DNA of 60,149 nt, the filler included, from Basidioascus undulatus (taxonomy: Eukaryota): NCBI GenBank assembly GCA_000826855.1. It is 5 parts of 5 records of this genome, joined end to end, with 100 filler letters (N's around TTAATTAATTAA, not from the genome) between each part and the next. Parts side by side here need not be neighbours in the genome. Positions count along the whole stretch, not along the records: positions 12,065 to 24,027 come from JTLS01000966.1; positions 24,128 to 36,085 come from JTLS01000967.1; 3 more parts are not named here. The stretch is one strand, 5' to 3'. Below, in pieces: positions 13,200 to 26,035 of the stretch (the stretch's first letter is position 1; every line of letters starts with the position of its first letter). The notes beneath the pieces are model-generated. The model had not been told where the DNA came from. It worked only from the letters and a program-made list of their open reading frames with translations, and did no database searches. The position numbers were made by a program, and so were the translations under genes.

Positions 13200-14499
13200 C
13201 GGTGTGCGGCGGGCGGAGGTGGACGAATCAAGGGGTGACTGGTGATGAAGAGGACCAGGGCGACGGCGGCGGCGGTGGGCAAACGCGCTGGGGCGGGCGA
13301 CAGCTACAGCCGGGCGGGAGAACACGCGGAGTTCGTGCCGGAGACACCGGGGCCGATCGCCAATGTCATGAGACGAAGCTGGCGGGCAGTAGCGGGTCCT
13401 CCTTCGTCTCCCGACGTGCTCGCATGTTTCCAGTGCATTTGTGAAAATATGCTATGTATGAATTGGGTTTATTGTTCGGCGTGGTCGAAAGATTGGTGTG
13501 ATTAAGTTCTGAAAGTGGGGAATCAGACGAATCAGCCTCAACATGCACGTGCGAACGCTTATAGACGGAGTGCGATTCTCTCGTCGTGTTCATTCACGCA
13601 AAGGAGACAAATATTCACGTATTGCTCACTGTCTGAATACCATTAGAGTTCGTGGGACAGGCCGGGACGAGGACAAGGTAGGACTTGGCGTTCAAGCGTT
13701 TAAGATGCACGCTGCAGCCTGAGTATTCGATTCGTGCTTAACCGCAAGATATCCACTTGTTTGCTAACTTAGATGTCCGTTGTTACCTGTCGATGAAGGC
13801 GTTTGTCGCTTGTTTGTTGAGCCAGATAGGTATTTGAAGCCGCTCTTTGACTTGACAACAGTCAGACTGCCTGACCCGGGGCTGGAGTTTCGTTTCAGCC
13901 TGCACAGTATCGACCTCTAATGCAATCATTCATAAGAAGCTTCCGATATGGCTCAGATAAACTTTGATTCACAAATACCCAGAGAGGCATGGGGTGGGGA
14001 GGGTGTAATTCATCTGGCCAACCAGGCAATGCAGTTCGCCGCTGCGGGTATTCACGCATGAACTTCACCACACCGTCGGCACTGAGTGAACTACCTAAAG
14101 AGGCAGGCAATCAATGCTGATCATTGCAGGAGTCTGTTTTAGGCGAGTGCTTAGTGAAACTGGACATGATGATTGAACAGGATGAGTCCCAGGCCAATCA
14201 AGAAGCTCAGTTTGCTGTCGCTCGGTTGACGTTGTGCCAATTGAGTGAAGTTGTGCCTTCTTGTATTTGTCCATTACCGCCAGGTGCCATGCGCTGCAGA
14301 ATCGCGAACGACTCGGCTGCCAACGCCGCTGCTGTCATGCGTTGCAATCCGCCCAGCTTCTTAAACGCAGCCATGGGAAACGGCCAGATGCCTGCGGATT
14401 GGTGGGCAGAAGAGGTACGGGGGGCTCACCCCAGAACATAAGAGAAGTAAGAGTGGGAAACCAATTAAACACAGAGCAGGCAAAAAATAAGCAAATGAC

Positions 14500-14572
14500 A
14501 GCCCCACGCGGGGGTCGAACCCGCAGCCTTGAGATTAAGAGTCTCACGCTCTACCGATTGAGCTAGCGAGGC
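14500..14572 (-). tRNA. tRNA-Lys (anticodon CTT), intronless
   Basis: GCCTCGCTAGCTCAATCGGTAGAGCGTGAGACTCTTAATCTCAAGGCTGCGGGTTCGACCCCCGCGTGGGGCT forms a cloverleaf with A/B boxes; a T6 Pol III terminator lies just downstream (14482-14487). Confidence 0.96.
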
Positions 14573-14958
14573 CTGTGGTGCCTTTCACCAATTTAAACTT
14601 TAATCCTCCTCAAGCGGCATAAGCCGATCCCAGCACCACTTGTTAGGAGGGTTAAGGCAATTGAGCAAAAGAGAGTAGTTTAAAATTTGCAGGTAAGCTC
14701 AAGCAAGAAAGAAAGAAAGCAATCCTACTTGAACCACCGGCGAGTCGCGAGTTGTCCACGCGGCGCGCGGCTGCATGGTCGTGACACGCCCATCTTCCTG
14801 AATCCTTCCCAGCGTGTCTCTGCGCATCTCGCATCTCTCCGCCCAGGGCCTGCTTGCCTTGCCTTTCTTCTATCATCAGACCTACACCGGTCTCTTTCAC
14901 GAATCTTTAGTCACGCTCATAACGACCCCGCATCGACGCCCAACGCATCCCTACTATT

Positions 14959-16171
14959 ATGGCGACCCGCGACCCGTTCTCGGACCGGCACGCGCTAGAC
15001 GACAACCCGTTCGCGGATCCGACGATCAGCTCTGCGCTCCAGTCGTCCACGTCCCTCGACGAGGAGGCGCCCACCCCTACCCAGGCCACCGCGCCGGCGG
15101 GCGGGTTCGAAGCGCAGGCCGCGGAGCGCATGGCGGGCATCCGGCAGCGGGAGGAGGACCTCGAGCGCCGCGAGCGAGAGCTGCAGGCGCGGGCGGAGCA
15201 TATCCAGAAGCATGGGCGCAATAACTGGGTGTGTTTCGAGATATTTCTTTTACTGCTCTTTCGTCTGAGGCGGGCTGATTGACAAGGCCGGCACAGCCCC
15301 CGTTCTACCCCCTCATCTACCACGACATCCCCGCCGAGATTCCGCAAGAGCACCGCTCGATCGTCCTCCTCATCTACCGCCTCTGGCTCCTTCTCGTCCT
15401 CGTCCTCATCCTCAACTTTGTCTCGTGCATCCTGCTCCTCGTCCAGGGCGCGAGCGACGGCGGCAAGGACATGGGCGCGAGCATCGGCTATCTCGTGTTC
15501 ATCCCTATCGCTAGCTTCTTGGGGTGGTATCGGTGTGTTCTCTAAGCTTGGAGGATAAGAGTAGAGGCGCAGGGCTGATGCTGGTGCGGAATGCAGGCCG
15601 GTGTATAACGGGTACATGAAGGTGCGTGCCCGCTCGGCGAGGCGCATCATCCTCCATGTTGACCCACCCTTCCCCGCATAGGAGCACTCCCTCTTCTACC
15701 TGATGTTCCTCTTCTTCTGCGGCTGGCACCTTCTCTACTCCATCGTCCGTCCTCGCCCCCCCCTCTCCCCCCCCTCTCTTCTCTCCCGAACCTCGCCCTA
15801 GCCCTGACCGCCTTCCTTCCGCGCCGCAGTACTGCGCCATCGGCATCCCCTCTACGGGCTCCGCAGGCCTGATCAACACCATCTCGATGCTCTCGCAGGG
15901 CAAGCTCGTCGCGGGCATCTTAGGCGTCGTCACCACCGTGGGGTGGATCATCCAGGGCCTGGGGCTCGCCTGGGCGTACTGGCAGGTCAGTGTGCCGTGG
16001 TAGCTCACGGGAAGGGAGAAGGGTGTGGTAGGCTGACTCGGGCGTCTGTATTCGTGGGAACGGCAGGTCTACAACCACTACAACCGCCAGGGCCACACGG
16101 TCGCGCAGGCCAAGGGCGAGCTCACTTCCCATGGCTTCAAGGCCTACTTCAGCCGCGGTAGTCAAGTCTAG
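14959..16171 (+). CDS. SCAMP family secretory carrier membrane protein
   Basis: N-terminal DPF/NPF motifs and a coiled coil, then KHGRNNW|PPFYPLIYHDI, four hydrophobic segments and WYRPVYNGYMK. Ends FKAYFSRGSQV*. Confidence 0.92.
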
Positions 16172-16577
16172 CCGTCTGGAGCCGCTTCTCCACCTCTCAG
16201 GCGATTTTTTCGCGTGGGTTCATGGGTTGTAGGCGTGTTTAGGAGTGGGTGTGCGGGGGTGAGGAGGGGGAGAAACCGGTGGACACTTGCGCGCCGCATC
16301 TTCTATTTCTTTCGTCGTTCAGCTGTCGTTCTTGCGCTGGGCGTTTGTTTTGTAGGGCCTGTTGCCTGGCTGTAGTATTCATAGGATTGCTTATTCAGTT
16401 TATGCGTAGAGCCAAGCGTCAAGTCTGTGAAGCGTCAGCATCGACGCGAGTACTGTTACTGAGGACGACACATGCAGCGCTCGCAGCGGTACACGCGCCG
16501 GAAACGCGACCGGCCGCTTGCCTCTCGACGCTCACCTCGCAGCTCGTCTTCCTTTCCTCTTGCACGCCCTCCTTCGA

Positions 16578-18613
16578 ATGCCACCACCTCGGATATCGCG
16601 CTCCCTAAACTGGGCGCTCGCGCTCCTGTTCTCCCCGCTCGCAGCGCAGGCTGCCATCCGAGCGCGCCTCACCCCGCGCCAGTTCGCGACGTCCTCCCCT
16701 GCGGACCTGCGAGCGCTCGCGGGGCTGGGGGACCTGACGGCCCAGCTCGATTGGACCAGTTGCGTTTCTCCCTCATTCCCCCTTCTAATACCCCTCTTCC
16801 CCTCGCCCCCGATGATGGCTGAGACGAGGGCACTCCGCGGGGACACCCAGCGCCCACCTCCCACCTCAGCCAGATCATGATCCCCCGCGTGCCGGGGAGC
16901 AAGAACCTGACGATCGTGGGGGACTACATTGCCGGGGTGTTTGACCGCCTCGGGTGGGAGAAGGAGGAGGACAAGTACGAGGACTCAACGCCGTACGGCG
17001 TCAAGCCGTTCCGGAATCTGGTCTTCACCAAGGACCCCGGCGCGCCGTTTAGGCTTGTGGTGGCTGGTGCGTGGTCTGCTCCCTAGCGGGGTCACTAGCG
17101 GGGTTGAGGATGGAATACGCTGATGCGGGGCTTCGTGGGAGGGTAGCACATTATGATTCGAAGTGCGTCTTTATGTGCGGGCGCGCTCTCACAGCAGCTC
17201 TCTGAGCGCCCTTTCCGCCCTCGCAGATACTTCCCCGAGCCGAACACCTTCGTCGGCGCAACAGACTCCGCCGCGCCCTGCGCGCTGATGCTCGACCTCG
17301 CCGAGGCGCTCGACCCGCTCCTGACCGCCGCGGCCGAGCGGCGTGCCGCGGCGGCGCGCAAGCAGCCGGACGTGCTGGATGCGCTGCTGGGCGAGGGGGA
17401 GGGCGGGGTCGCGTACGAGCCGGGGGAGGGAATCTCGCTGCAGTTTGTGTTCTTTGATGGGGAGGAGGCGTTCAAGGTTTGGACGGGGACGGACTCGGTT
17501 TGTGAGTCTGCCGAGAGGCAAGGGGGAGCAAGATGGGATGGATGGGATGGGCTGACTGGGCGGGCGGACGGCGCGGGTGGATGGAAGATGGAGCAAGGTC
17601 TGTTTTGAATTCTAATGTGCTCTGGGAGAACATGCTCTGAGGAGGGTATTGCGGACAGGCATTTGGCACAGAAGTGGGAGAACATGCGTATCGTATCGAG
17701 CCACCCACACTACCCGCACCTCGCCTCTCGACGACTCCTCCCTGCTCCATCCGAACTCGACAGGATAGATCATTTCGTGCTTCTCGACCTCTGTGCGTCG
17801 CTCACCGCTCCCCCCCGCTCTTCCAGCGGCTAACGATGGGCGGACGGCCAGAGCGCAGTGGGCAACGAGCACCCGACGATCCGAAACTTCTTCCCCGAGA
17901 CAAAGTGGCTCTTCGATGCACTCTACAGCGCCGAGGACCGGCTCGCCGCGGAGGGGCTGCTCGACTTTGAAGAGCGCGGCGCGCATACCGCGAGCGCGTG
18001 GGAGACGAAAAGCCGCATTTTCACGCTCGGCCAGGCGTGGGGCGGCATTGCGGTGCGTTCTCGGAGGGACGCACACTCAGCTGTTCGAGACTCGAGGCGC
18101 TGATCTGTTGGTTTCCGGGAACGCAGGACGACCACATCCCGTTTATGCAGAGGGGCGTACACATCCTCCACCTCATCTCCAGCCCCTTCCCGCACGTCTG
18201 GCACACGAACGCCGTACGTTTGACCTTCCCTCTCTTCATCCTCAATTCCGCATCTGCATGCTTTCGGCTAATCCTGATTTCTCGACGCGCGAAGGACGAC
18301 GGCTCGGCGCTGCACCTTCCGACGCTCGGCCGGTGGAACTTCCTCCTCCGCGTCTGGCTGTCCGAGTACCTCAACCTCCGCCCCTCAGACTCTAAGGCCC
18401 AGCGCCGAGATTCGGAGGAGTCAGATACGCGTGACCGACCGCGAGAAGAACTGGTGAGGAACGGGGCATAGTTGCGTTGAGGGCGGGGGAAACTTCGCAC
18501 AGCGAACTGACTTTTTCCTGTTCCTTCCATTTCAACCTCCTTCCCTTCGCTTCTTGCCCTTTCCCTCGCATATCGCACGTCTTCGTTCACTTTTGGGATC
18601 ACTTGCCTAGTAG
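16578..18613 (+). CDS. Glutaminyl-peptide cyclotransferase (M28 family Zn enzyme), signal peptide; 3' end is either 18471 or 18613
   Basis: IMIPRVPGS, AHYDSK, FVGATDSAAPCA, FFDGEEAF, YGARHLA, QDDHIPF and FPHVWHT are glutaminyl-cyclase motifs. Confidence 0.9.
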
Positions 18614-19128
18614 GGGACCTGACGGGAGTAGAGGAAGAAGAGGAAGACGCGATGCATGATTGGCCGATTTGCCTGTGCCAGTATGTGGTTGTGCTAGCTC
18701 GAGCTCCGCGCTGTCTATGCCTTGCATATCATAAACATTACTGCGCAGACCGTATGTATACGTGCGGTGCCAGATGCTAGCAGAAGGGATGGCGGAAAGG
18801 TTGCTTACACTGGTGCCCCGACTGCGAAGACTGGCACGACCGTGGAGCTGCCTGCTGAGCTCTGGTGGTGGATCACGAATATACTCATACAGCCACTCTA
18901 TTCGCTGATTTTTGATGGTGGTTCTGGAACTTGCCATCGTCTTGCAGTTTACGGAGAGGCGCTGTAGAATTGGAAGCAAGGAACGACCGCGAACCGGACA
19001 TCGTCACTCGCTCTATCCCATACTGTGAAGGAAACTTCGCTTAGACGGTGAGGAAACTTCGGTTTATGGGAACAGCTCAGAGTACCCAGAGAGTTGTACA
19101 CTGAACAATGTAGCAGTGTCTGAGAAGC

Positions 19129-19176
19129 GTGCCGCGGCGACGTATGGAATGAGTGCCGCGGCGACGGATGGAATGC
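19129..19176 (+). repeat. 24-bp imperfect tandem repeat (2 copies)
   Basis: gtgccgcggcgacgtatggaatga / gtgccgcggcgacggatggaatgc. Confidence 0.8.
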
Positions 19177-20396
19177 GGGCTCCTGCAGATTCCGTATGGT
19201 TTTGGAGGGCCACTGGAATGCCCTATCCCTTACCCTCAATACTGTATCAACTGGAAATCGTACTTCCCAGCAAAAAGTGTTGACGGCGATGGTGGGCAGT
19301 ATCGGCCTCAACACAACCAGACGTCCCTTACAACAAGCTCACACACCCAACAGATGCAATACAAAGATATTATTGTACCCCCAGCAATACCGTATAACTG
19401 CCTAGCAAAAGGGTACACAACGAGGAGGCCAAGTGGCGCTCTGAGCGAAAGAGAAAGTCGGTCAGCACCAAACCCAGTGGGAACCGCGTTACACGACTGC
19501 ATATTGAGTGGTTAAAGGTAAAGCAAGCTAGACTATTTGGTAAGAGGTTATATTAGGCAAGGCCGGTCCATGTGAAGTCCTTGCCGGGTTGAAGGTGCTT
19601 GATGGCAATCTTGTGTGGGCGTGAGGGGGATGTATTAGGTCCATGGCCATCCGCAATGGCCAATGCCACTGGCCATGGCCAGATCCCCCAAGCTCAAGTG
19701 GCCAATTTTTTCAACAACGGTGTCTACAGCCTTTTTGTCTCAACGGGTTGCAGTGGTGGGATATGGGAGAGAGCGCAGCCGGGGCGCTGCTTATATAACC
19801 CTCGGGCACACCTTATCGGGGCCACAGTTTCTTTGGAATGCTGGATGACGAGAGCGGAGCCGATGACGATTCGCAGCCGTCCCCTTCCGGGCGCACACAT
19901 TGAGCATCGAAGGTAGCTTGACGTACGATGCCCTCCTGTTTGCGGGCGATGTGACTGGGCTGGCCGCTGTTGCATGAACTATTCTGCGGTTTCCTGCAAT
20001 TTGAATAATTATGCAACCCTCGTTGTTGAGCACGTAACCGCTGTTGTTGCCCCCCCCCAGCACCTCAAAGCCCTAAGGCGACAGAGAGCTGCGTTGGTGA
20101 AGATTGTTGGCGGTCGGCTCTTACGAGAAAACGAGCCCTCAGCAGTAGCAGAGGACGTAACTGAAGGTGTGTCTTGAGATGGATCAGATTGATGTAAGCA
20201 CGTCAGGGAGAAGAGAATGCGTGTTGCGTCTAGCAAACACTGGAAGCCTTGACCTGGACCGTGTCATCCCCCGACGCCCCGTTGTCTTTACCGAGCAGCC
20301 GTACAGCCGTGCCAGATCTAACCGCCCATTCCACCCCGCAACAGCAGTGATCCCAAATAAATACGTCGCACCGATCACAATGCATCATCGTCACCC

Positions 20397-22887
20397 TCAT
20401 CCCCGCTTCCCGCGCTTCGTCCCCCAGCCCGTCGGCGCCGCGCCCACACTGCGCACCATGTCCTCCTGGCTCGGAAGGGGACGGGCCGCGCGCCCAGAAA
20501 CCCTGTCCGCCGCACCAGCCATATCTCCCGCACCTGCGCCACCCAGCCCAGGCGGCGGACCCCCGAGTCCAGGAAGACCGGGCGGCGGACCGCTTCCGCC
20601 GAGGCCGGGAAGACCGGGAGGCGCACCTCCGAGACCGGGCAGAGGCAGGCCGTCGAAGGACGGGGCGAAGGACGGGCCGCGGTCGGGGAATGCGGAGGAG
20701 GGGCGGGAGAAGGGCGGCGCGGCCGTGCCGAGCCCGGGGATGGGGGCGTCTTCGTCCTCTATGGAACGCAGCACGGGGGGTGAGAGACATGTTCGAGGGA
20801 CGCAGACGCACGAAAAGGAACGGAAGGGAACAAAAGGAAGGAGGACAGAGGAAGAGGAAGCAGATGAGGGACTTACCGTCCCCGACCTCATCAACGAGCA
20901 TCGCCCCCTCCCCGTCTGCGATCGCGTTGGCGTTCGCGCCGAGGTGGAACTTGTCCCCGCCCGCGCGGCGCCCCGGCCGGTCGCGCGCCCAGAAGCGCGT
21001 CGTGAAGTCGTTTGAGCCGGTGGCGAGGATGTGGCCGAGGGGGTGCCAGGCGAGGGACCAGATACTGTGTGTGGTTGGTAGTGTGCTCAGCGAATTCAGC
21101 CGGAAAGACGGAGGGGGGAGAGAGGGGGAATGGAAGAGGAAGGAAGAGAGAAGACGAAGGGGGACGTGGATAGGGGTGGGCATGAGGATGGGGGTGGGGA
21201 TAGGGAAGGGGGGAAAGACGCACTTGGAGTCGTGCGCATACTCCATCTGCCAGATCGGGTTGGCCGAGGACGGGTCGGTCGGGTGCGAGAGCGAGTGGTA
21301 CAGGAGCGAGCCAGACGATCCGCCCGAGGCGAGGAGCGGGTGGGTAGGGTGCCAGGCGAGGGCTGGTTCAATATTCCGGTTTAGTCCAGAATTGGTTTTA
21401 CAGAGGGAATGGGGAGAGGGAGATTGGGGAAAAGAGTTACGCACAGCACACTTCCTTCTGGTGCCCGCGCAGCACGATCAGGTCCCGCATCGCGCGGATG
21501 TCAAATACGCGGATCGTCTGGTCCCGCGAGCCGGTCGCGCAGTACAGCCCGTCGGGCGAGAACGCGCAGGTCTGGACGGTGTTCTTGTGCTGATGCCTGG
21601 GTTCGGCTCGGGAGCGTCAGAGGGAAAAGAGGAAGTGGGAGAGGGGAGAGGGACACACAAGGTGCTCAGCTCCGTCGTGCGACGCGGGTCCCAGAACTTG
21701 ACGAGGTTGTCTTTCCCGCCCGAGACGAGCAGGCCTTTGGTCGGGTGCCAGTCGACGCACTTGACGTCCCAGCCGTGTCCTGAGCGCCCCCCGCCCACAC
21801 ATCAGTCTCTTCTGCGAAGCTCAGCAATCCTCCGACGCGCACGCACCAGTCAGCGCGCGCTCCTCGCGCCGCTCCCCAAACGCCCAGATCTTGATCGTCT
21901 GGTCGTCGCTGGCAGTCGCAAAGTGCTGGTCGCTCGGGGAAACAGCGAGGCCGCGCACGGCCGCGTCTGCGGTCCCCCCGCCCCGCCCGTGCCCCTGCCA
22001 CGCGGCGACGTTGTTCATCGCTGGGTTGAAGTACTTGATCACGCCTGAGGAGTCCGCCGAGATGATCCAGTCGCCTGAGTGCGTGTAGGCCAGGGTGCGG
22101 ATGGAGGAGTCGTGTGCCTGCGAGATGGGCGGGGGGTAAGTGTGAAGGTGGGGCGGAGTGGGAGGGGAAGGGAAGGGAAGGGCGGACTTGAAGGATCGTC
22201 TCGAAGTTGAAGGTCAGCCCGTTCCAGACAACGAACTCCCCCGAGTGGCAGCCCGTGAGGACGCGCCGGCCTTCGGGGGTCCACTGTGCGCTCCCGGATG
22301 GATCTCAGCGGGGAAGGCTTGGGGAGGGGGACGGACAGGGGAAGGGCGGACCTTGACAACATTGATTGGACAGCGGACTTTGTTCACGGAGGTTTGGACA
22401 AACTTGGCGGCGATGGAGGTGGTCAGGTTCGGGTAGGCGGCTGGGGGTCGGAGCTGCGGGGGTGGGGAGGTGAGCCCAAGTAGCAGTCTAGAGTGGAATG
22501 GAGTGTTGTGCAGAGCGCACCTCGACGATGTGATCAGGACTGGGCCGCATAAACTGTCGAGGGTAAGGCGAAGTGCGCCTTCCGCGTTCCTGCTCGCCCA
22601 ACCACCTTCATCAGCTCCATCTTCCCTCTCCCTCCCTCAGAAGCCCATGCGCGCACCCGATTCCATGCCGCAAGTCCGCCCTGGAACTCGACTGTCCTGC
22701 GCTCGATGGTCTTCTTTGGCTTGCGCGAGTCGATGCCCAAAGTGTACACGGCCGCGAGCGCGTTCGCCTCCTTCTCGGCCATCGTCTCGTCCAGATACGG
22801 CGGCCGCGGAGGCTCGGCATACCGCTTGGGCTGCCAGCGCGACTCCTGAGGGTGCGCTTGCGGGGGGAGGAGGTTGATGGGCGCCAT
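20397..22887 (-). CDS. PFS2: Polyadenylation factor subunit 2 (Pfs2/WDR33), WD40 protein
   Basis: [96 protein letters not shown] and [15 protein letters not shown], plus a Gly/Pro-rich tail. Confidence 0.93.
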
Positions 22888-23419
22888 CGGGAGGAGGTGA
22901 TGATGATGGAGATGAAGATTGAGTCTCCTTGGAGGAAGACGCGAGAGCGAGAGGGAGCAGCAGATTGCCGACGCGTGAGAGTGTCTTACGCCGGCTCACT
23001 GTGTAATTTGAGTTTCAAACGTGAACTATTGCTTTAAACGAAGGATTATTATGCACGCCCACACTCGTCATTTTGGGCACAGTTTCCTGCCCCTTTGCGC
23101 GCCGCGGCGGGCGGACGTGCGAGCTCGAGAGCCGGAGAAGAGAGCGACAACCGCAACCGCAACCGCAGCTGAGCTCGCTCGCTCCTTGACTTCGCGACGC
23201 TGCACCTTGGCCTTGGACCACCACCTCACCGTACGGCTCCTACTCTACACCTTTACACCCCCGCTCCACCCCCCTCTCTCCCTCACTTCTTGGCCGCTAC
23301 AGACCTCTTATTGGCTTAGTCCAGCGTATAACGAATACGACATACTTTTCCCGTCTGCACACCATCGGTCCCCCTCCCCAGCCTCAGCCCATCCCCCCGA
23401 TTCCCCGAAGCACACCCTA

Positions 23420-24027
23420 ATGTCCGGCTCCGGATCGGCTACCCCCAAGCCGCCGAGCCCGCCCACTACGGCTGGCATCCCCCAGGCCGAGCAGAGATTC
23501 TTCTCAAAGCGGTGAGTCGCCCAGTTCGAACTTGGGGCAGCAGCGACAGGAGACCCGCCTTTGTGCACCTTCCCAATTCAGTTGGGTGGCCAGCATCGTT
23601 TCGCTGGCTAGCATGGGAATCCAAGGCATCGTACTTTGATTCTTATTCGCACTGCTCGCCACATACGGTGTGGCCTGCGCTGGTCGCGATGCAAGCCTCG
23701 AGGGCGGCCGAGCAGCGCGGCACCGGGCCCTGACTGCGTGTTGCGACTGACGTAGCACAGCTCTTCGAAACCTACACAGCTGACTGTTCCTTCATTGAAC
23801 CCCTTGATTCACACACGCAGAGCCCGCGAAATCCAAGCCGAAGAAGGCATCGCGCCGCCCACGCCCGGCGCGTACCGGCCGCCCGCCCTTCGCGGGTCTT
23901 CTCCCCCGGCCCCGACGCCCTCCCCGCCCGGCAGCACCGGCGCAGGCGCCCCTGCCTCGGCGGCGGCGACGATTCCGCTCCTCCGCCGCCCGCGCGCCGG
24001 CACGCTCCCTTCCAACCTCCAACGCTA
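23420..24027 (+). CDS. 5' end of a probable Puf1/Puf2 (Jsn1-like) pumilio RNA-binding protein; 3' truncated
   Basis: MSGSGSATPKPP...FFSKR|AREIQAEEG...RRPRAGTLPSN. The RxRAGT(L/M)PS motif is recalled from fungal Jsn1/Puf2 N-termini. No PUF or RRM domain is visible before the contig ends. Confidence 0.45.
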
Positions 24028-24127
24028 NNNNNNNNNNNNNNNNNNNNNNNNNNNNNNNNNNNNNNNNNNNNTTAATTAATTAANNNNNNNNNNNNNNNNN
24101 NNNNNNNNNNNNNNNNNNNNNNNNNNN
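24028..24127. other. Artificial contig linker
   Basis: Same 100-bp N/TTAATTAATTAA spacer. Confidence 0.97.
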
Positions 24128-26035
24128 GGGGGGGGGGGGGCGGGGGCCGGTGGGGAGAGCCGGACCTGAAATCAGCGAACAGCCTATGGCCCGCAACACC
24201 CGCCTCCTTCGGCGGGAGCGGGAACGTCTCGGGGTTCTTTTCGAGCGTGGAGTTCGTCGTCGACTCATCCCGCACGGGCGTGCTCGTCAAGCGCGCGAGG
24301 AGCTCGTTCACGTACCCTACGCCGCGGGAGGGGCCGTGCCTGCCTCCTCCTCCCGAAGATAAGTAGACAGCGGCGGAGGGAGGAGGGAAGAGGAGACGGA
24401 CGGGTGGCCGTAGCTTCCCTGTGGGTGAAGGTTAGTGATGGTAGGATGAGGAGGCCGGGGGAGGGGAGGGGCGCACGGAATAGTATTTCACGAGGTCTTG
24501 GTGGTATGCGTACTGTTGTATGAAGTCAGCGGGGCTGAGAAAGGGGAGGGGCAGGCGAAAGACACACATGCGCGAAATCGTCTTCCGAAAAGACTTTGCA
24601 CCACTCGCTGAGTTCACCGTCGTTGGCGACCGTCTGGGGGTGCTTTGTGCTTTCAGCCGCTGGAAGGGGGGCGCCGAGAAAGCGAGAAGAGTGAGAAGGG
24701 AGGACAGAAGTCGCACCTCGAACGCGCACAAGTCGAAGAAGGCAATGATATCCGCGTCCCCGAGATCCGCGCCGGGGAAGACCTTGTTCCACTTCGCAGC
24801 GAGCCGCGGCGCCCACTGCGTCGCGTAGATGTCCGAGATGGCGGTCCCGATCTGTCGGGCGCACAAGGCGGTGAGCGTGGTGCTTGAGATGGGAGGGAGA
24901 GGGAGGGAAAGTACGTCGATCGACTGGTTGTGCTCTAGCGGACAAGAGTCGGCGTCGAGGGTGTTGTTGAACTCTGGCGCCCCGTTCCCATGTCAGTGCC
25001 CACAAAAACAAGAAGAAACAAGAGAGCAGAGTGAGAGGCGCACCGGGTCCTTCAGGCAAAACCACGTCCACATCCGGCAGCGCGTCCCCGATCTTCCCAC
25101 CCCGGTACCCGAGCCGGAATAGCTGGGCGGACTCGAGCACGCGCGAGGCACCCGAACTCCGGATGAAGATCTCGCGCGAGCGAGAGGCGAGGGACGAGTA
25201 TTGGGTGTGGAAGCGCTGGCCGGATTCGAGAGCCCTTCTCCGTCAACCCGCGTCAGGAACACTCCAGGGGGATGAAGAGAGAAAGGGGAAAGAAAAGGCA
25301 GGAGAGGAAGGGTGGAAGGAGGAGGAATGAAGGTGGGAGGGGGGAGGAGGGCAGGACCCACTGTTTCCTCCCCAGCGGAACCAACTCGTTCTCCCACAGC
25401 GTGTACGTCCAGTTCCTCACAAACTCGAACGCCGGGTCGGTGATGTTGATCTCCGAGGCGGCCGCGCTGAGCTTGGCGACCGACGCACGGATGCGCGCGT
25501 TTGCGTTGGAGGTGGGGAAGCGCGCGGCGTGGCGTTCGAGCTGTTGAGGGGGACAGGGTTAGTTGCTTGGATGCGAGGTGGGCGGGGACGCACCAGGTTC
25601 GCCATCGTCACTTCGCAGCCTTTGGGAAGAGCGAGGGGGAGTCCCCAGTCGATGTCGTACTGCGGGGAGTACTGCCCGACCTGCGCCGCGAAACCCAACA
25701 GGAATAGAACCGTCAGACCGTGAAAGAGAGCCTTCTTCCTCCGGGCGGTATCTTACACCGCCCTTCAACACGACCTGCAACCCCCAGTCAGCATTTTCTC
25801 GTGACGCGCCGCGACACAGCGCGCGACGTACATCCGCAAACGACTGGTGCTTCGGATGTTTCCTCGCCGGTAGACCTCCCTCCCCAGTCCTCCAGAGCCC
25901 GAGATACCAAAGCCCTAGAGCGGAGAGGGCCACGACGCCGAGGAGCAGCCCCAGTCGCCATCGCGGCTGCCGTGACCGGCCGTGCGCAGTGGCAGGACGG
26001 GCGAGGTCTTCGTGGTGAAGGGGGGACTTGCTCAT
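24128..26035 (-). CDS. Histidine acid phosphatase / phytase-like protein with N-terminal transmembrane anchor; 3' truncated
   Basis: TM segment [18 protein letters not shown], then [52 protein letters not shown] and NELLARLT...NSTL...TFPL...LFADFS. The HD motif is lost at the contig end. Confidence 0.88.

Noticed and set aside
20690..22048. 452-aa plus-strand ORF (and the overlapping 404-aa minus ORF)
   Set aside because: These are antisense or intron read-through frames of PFS2.
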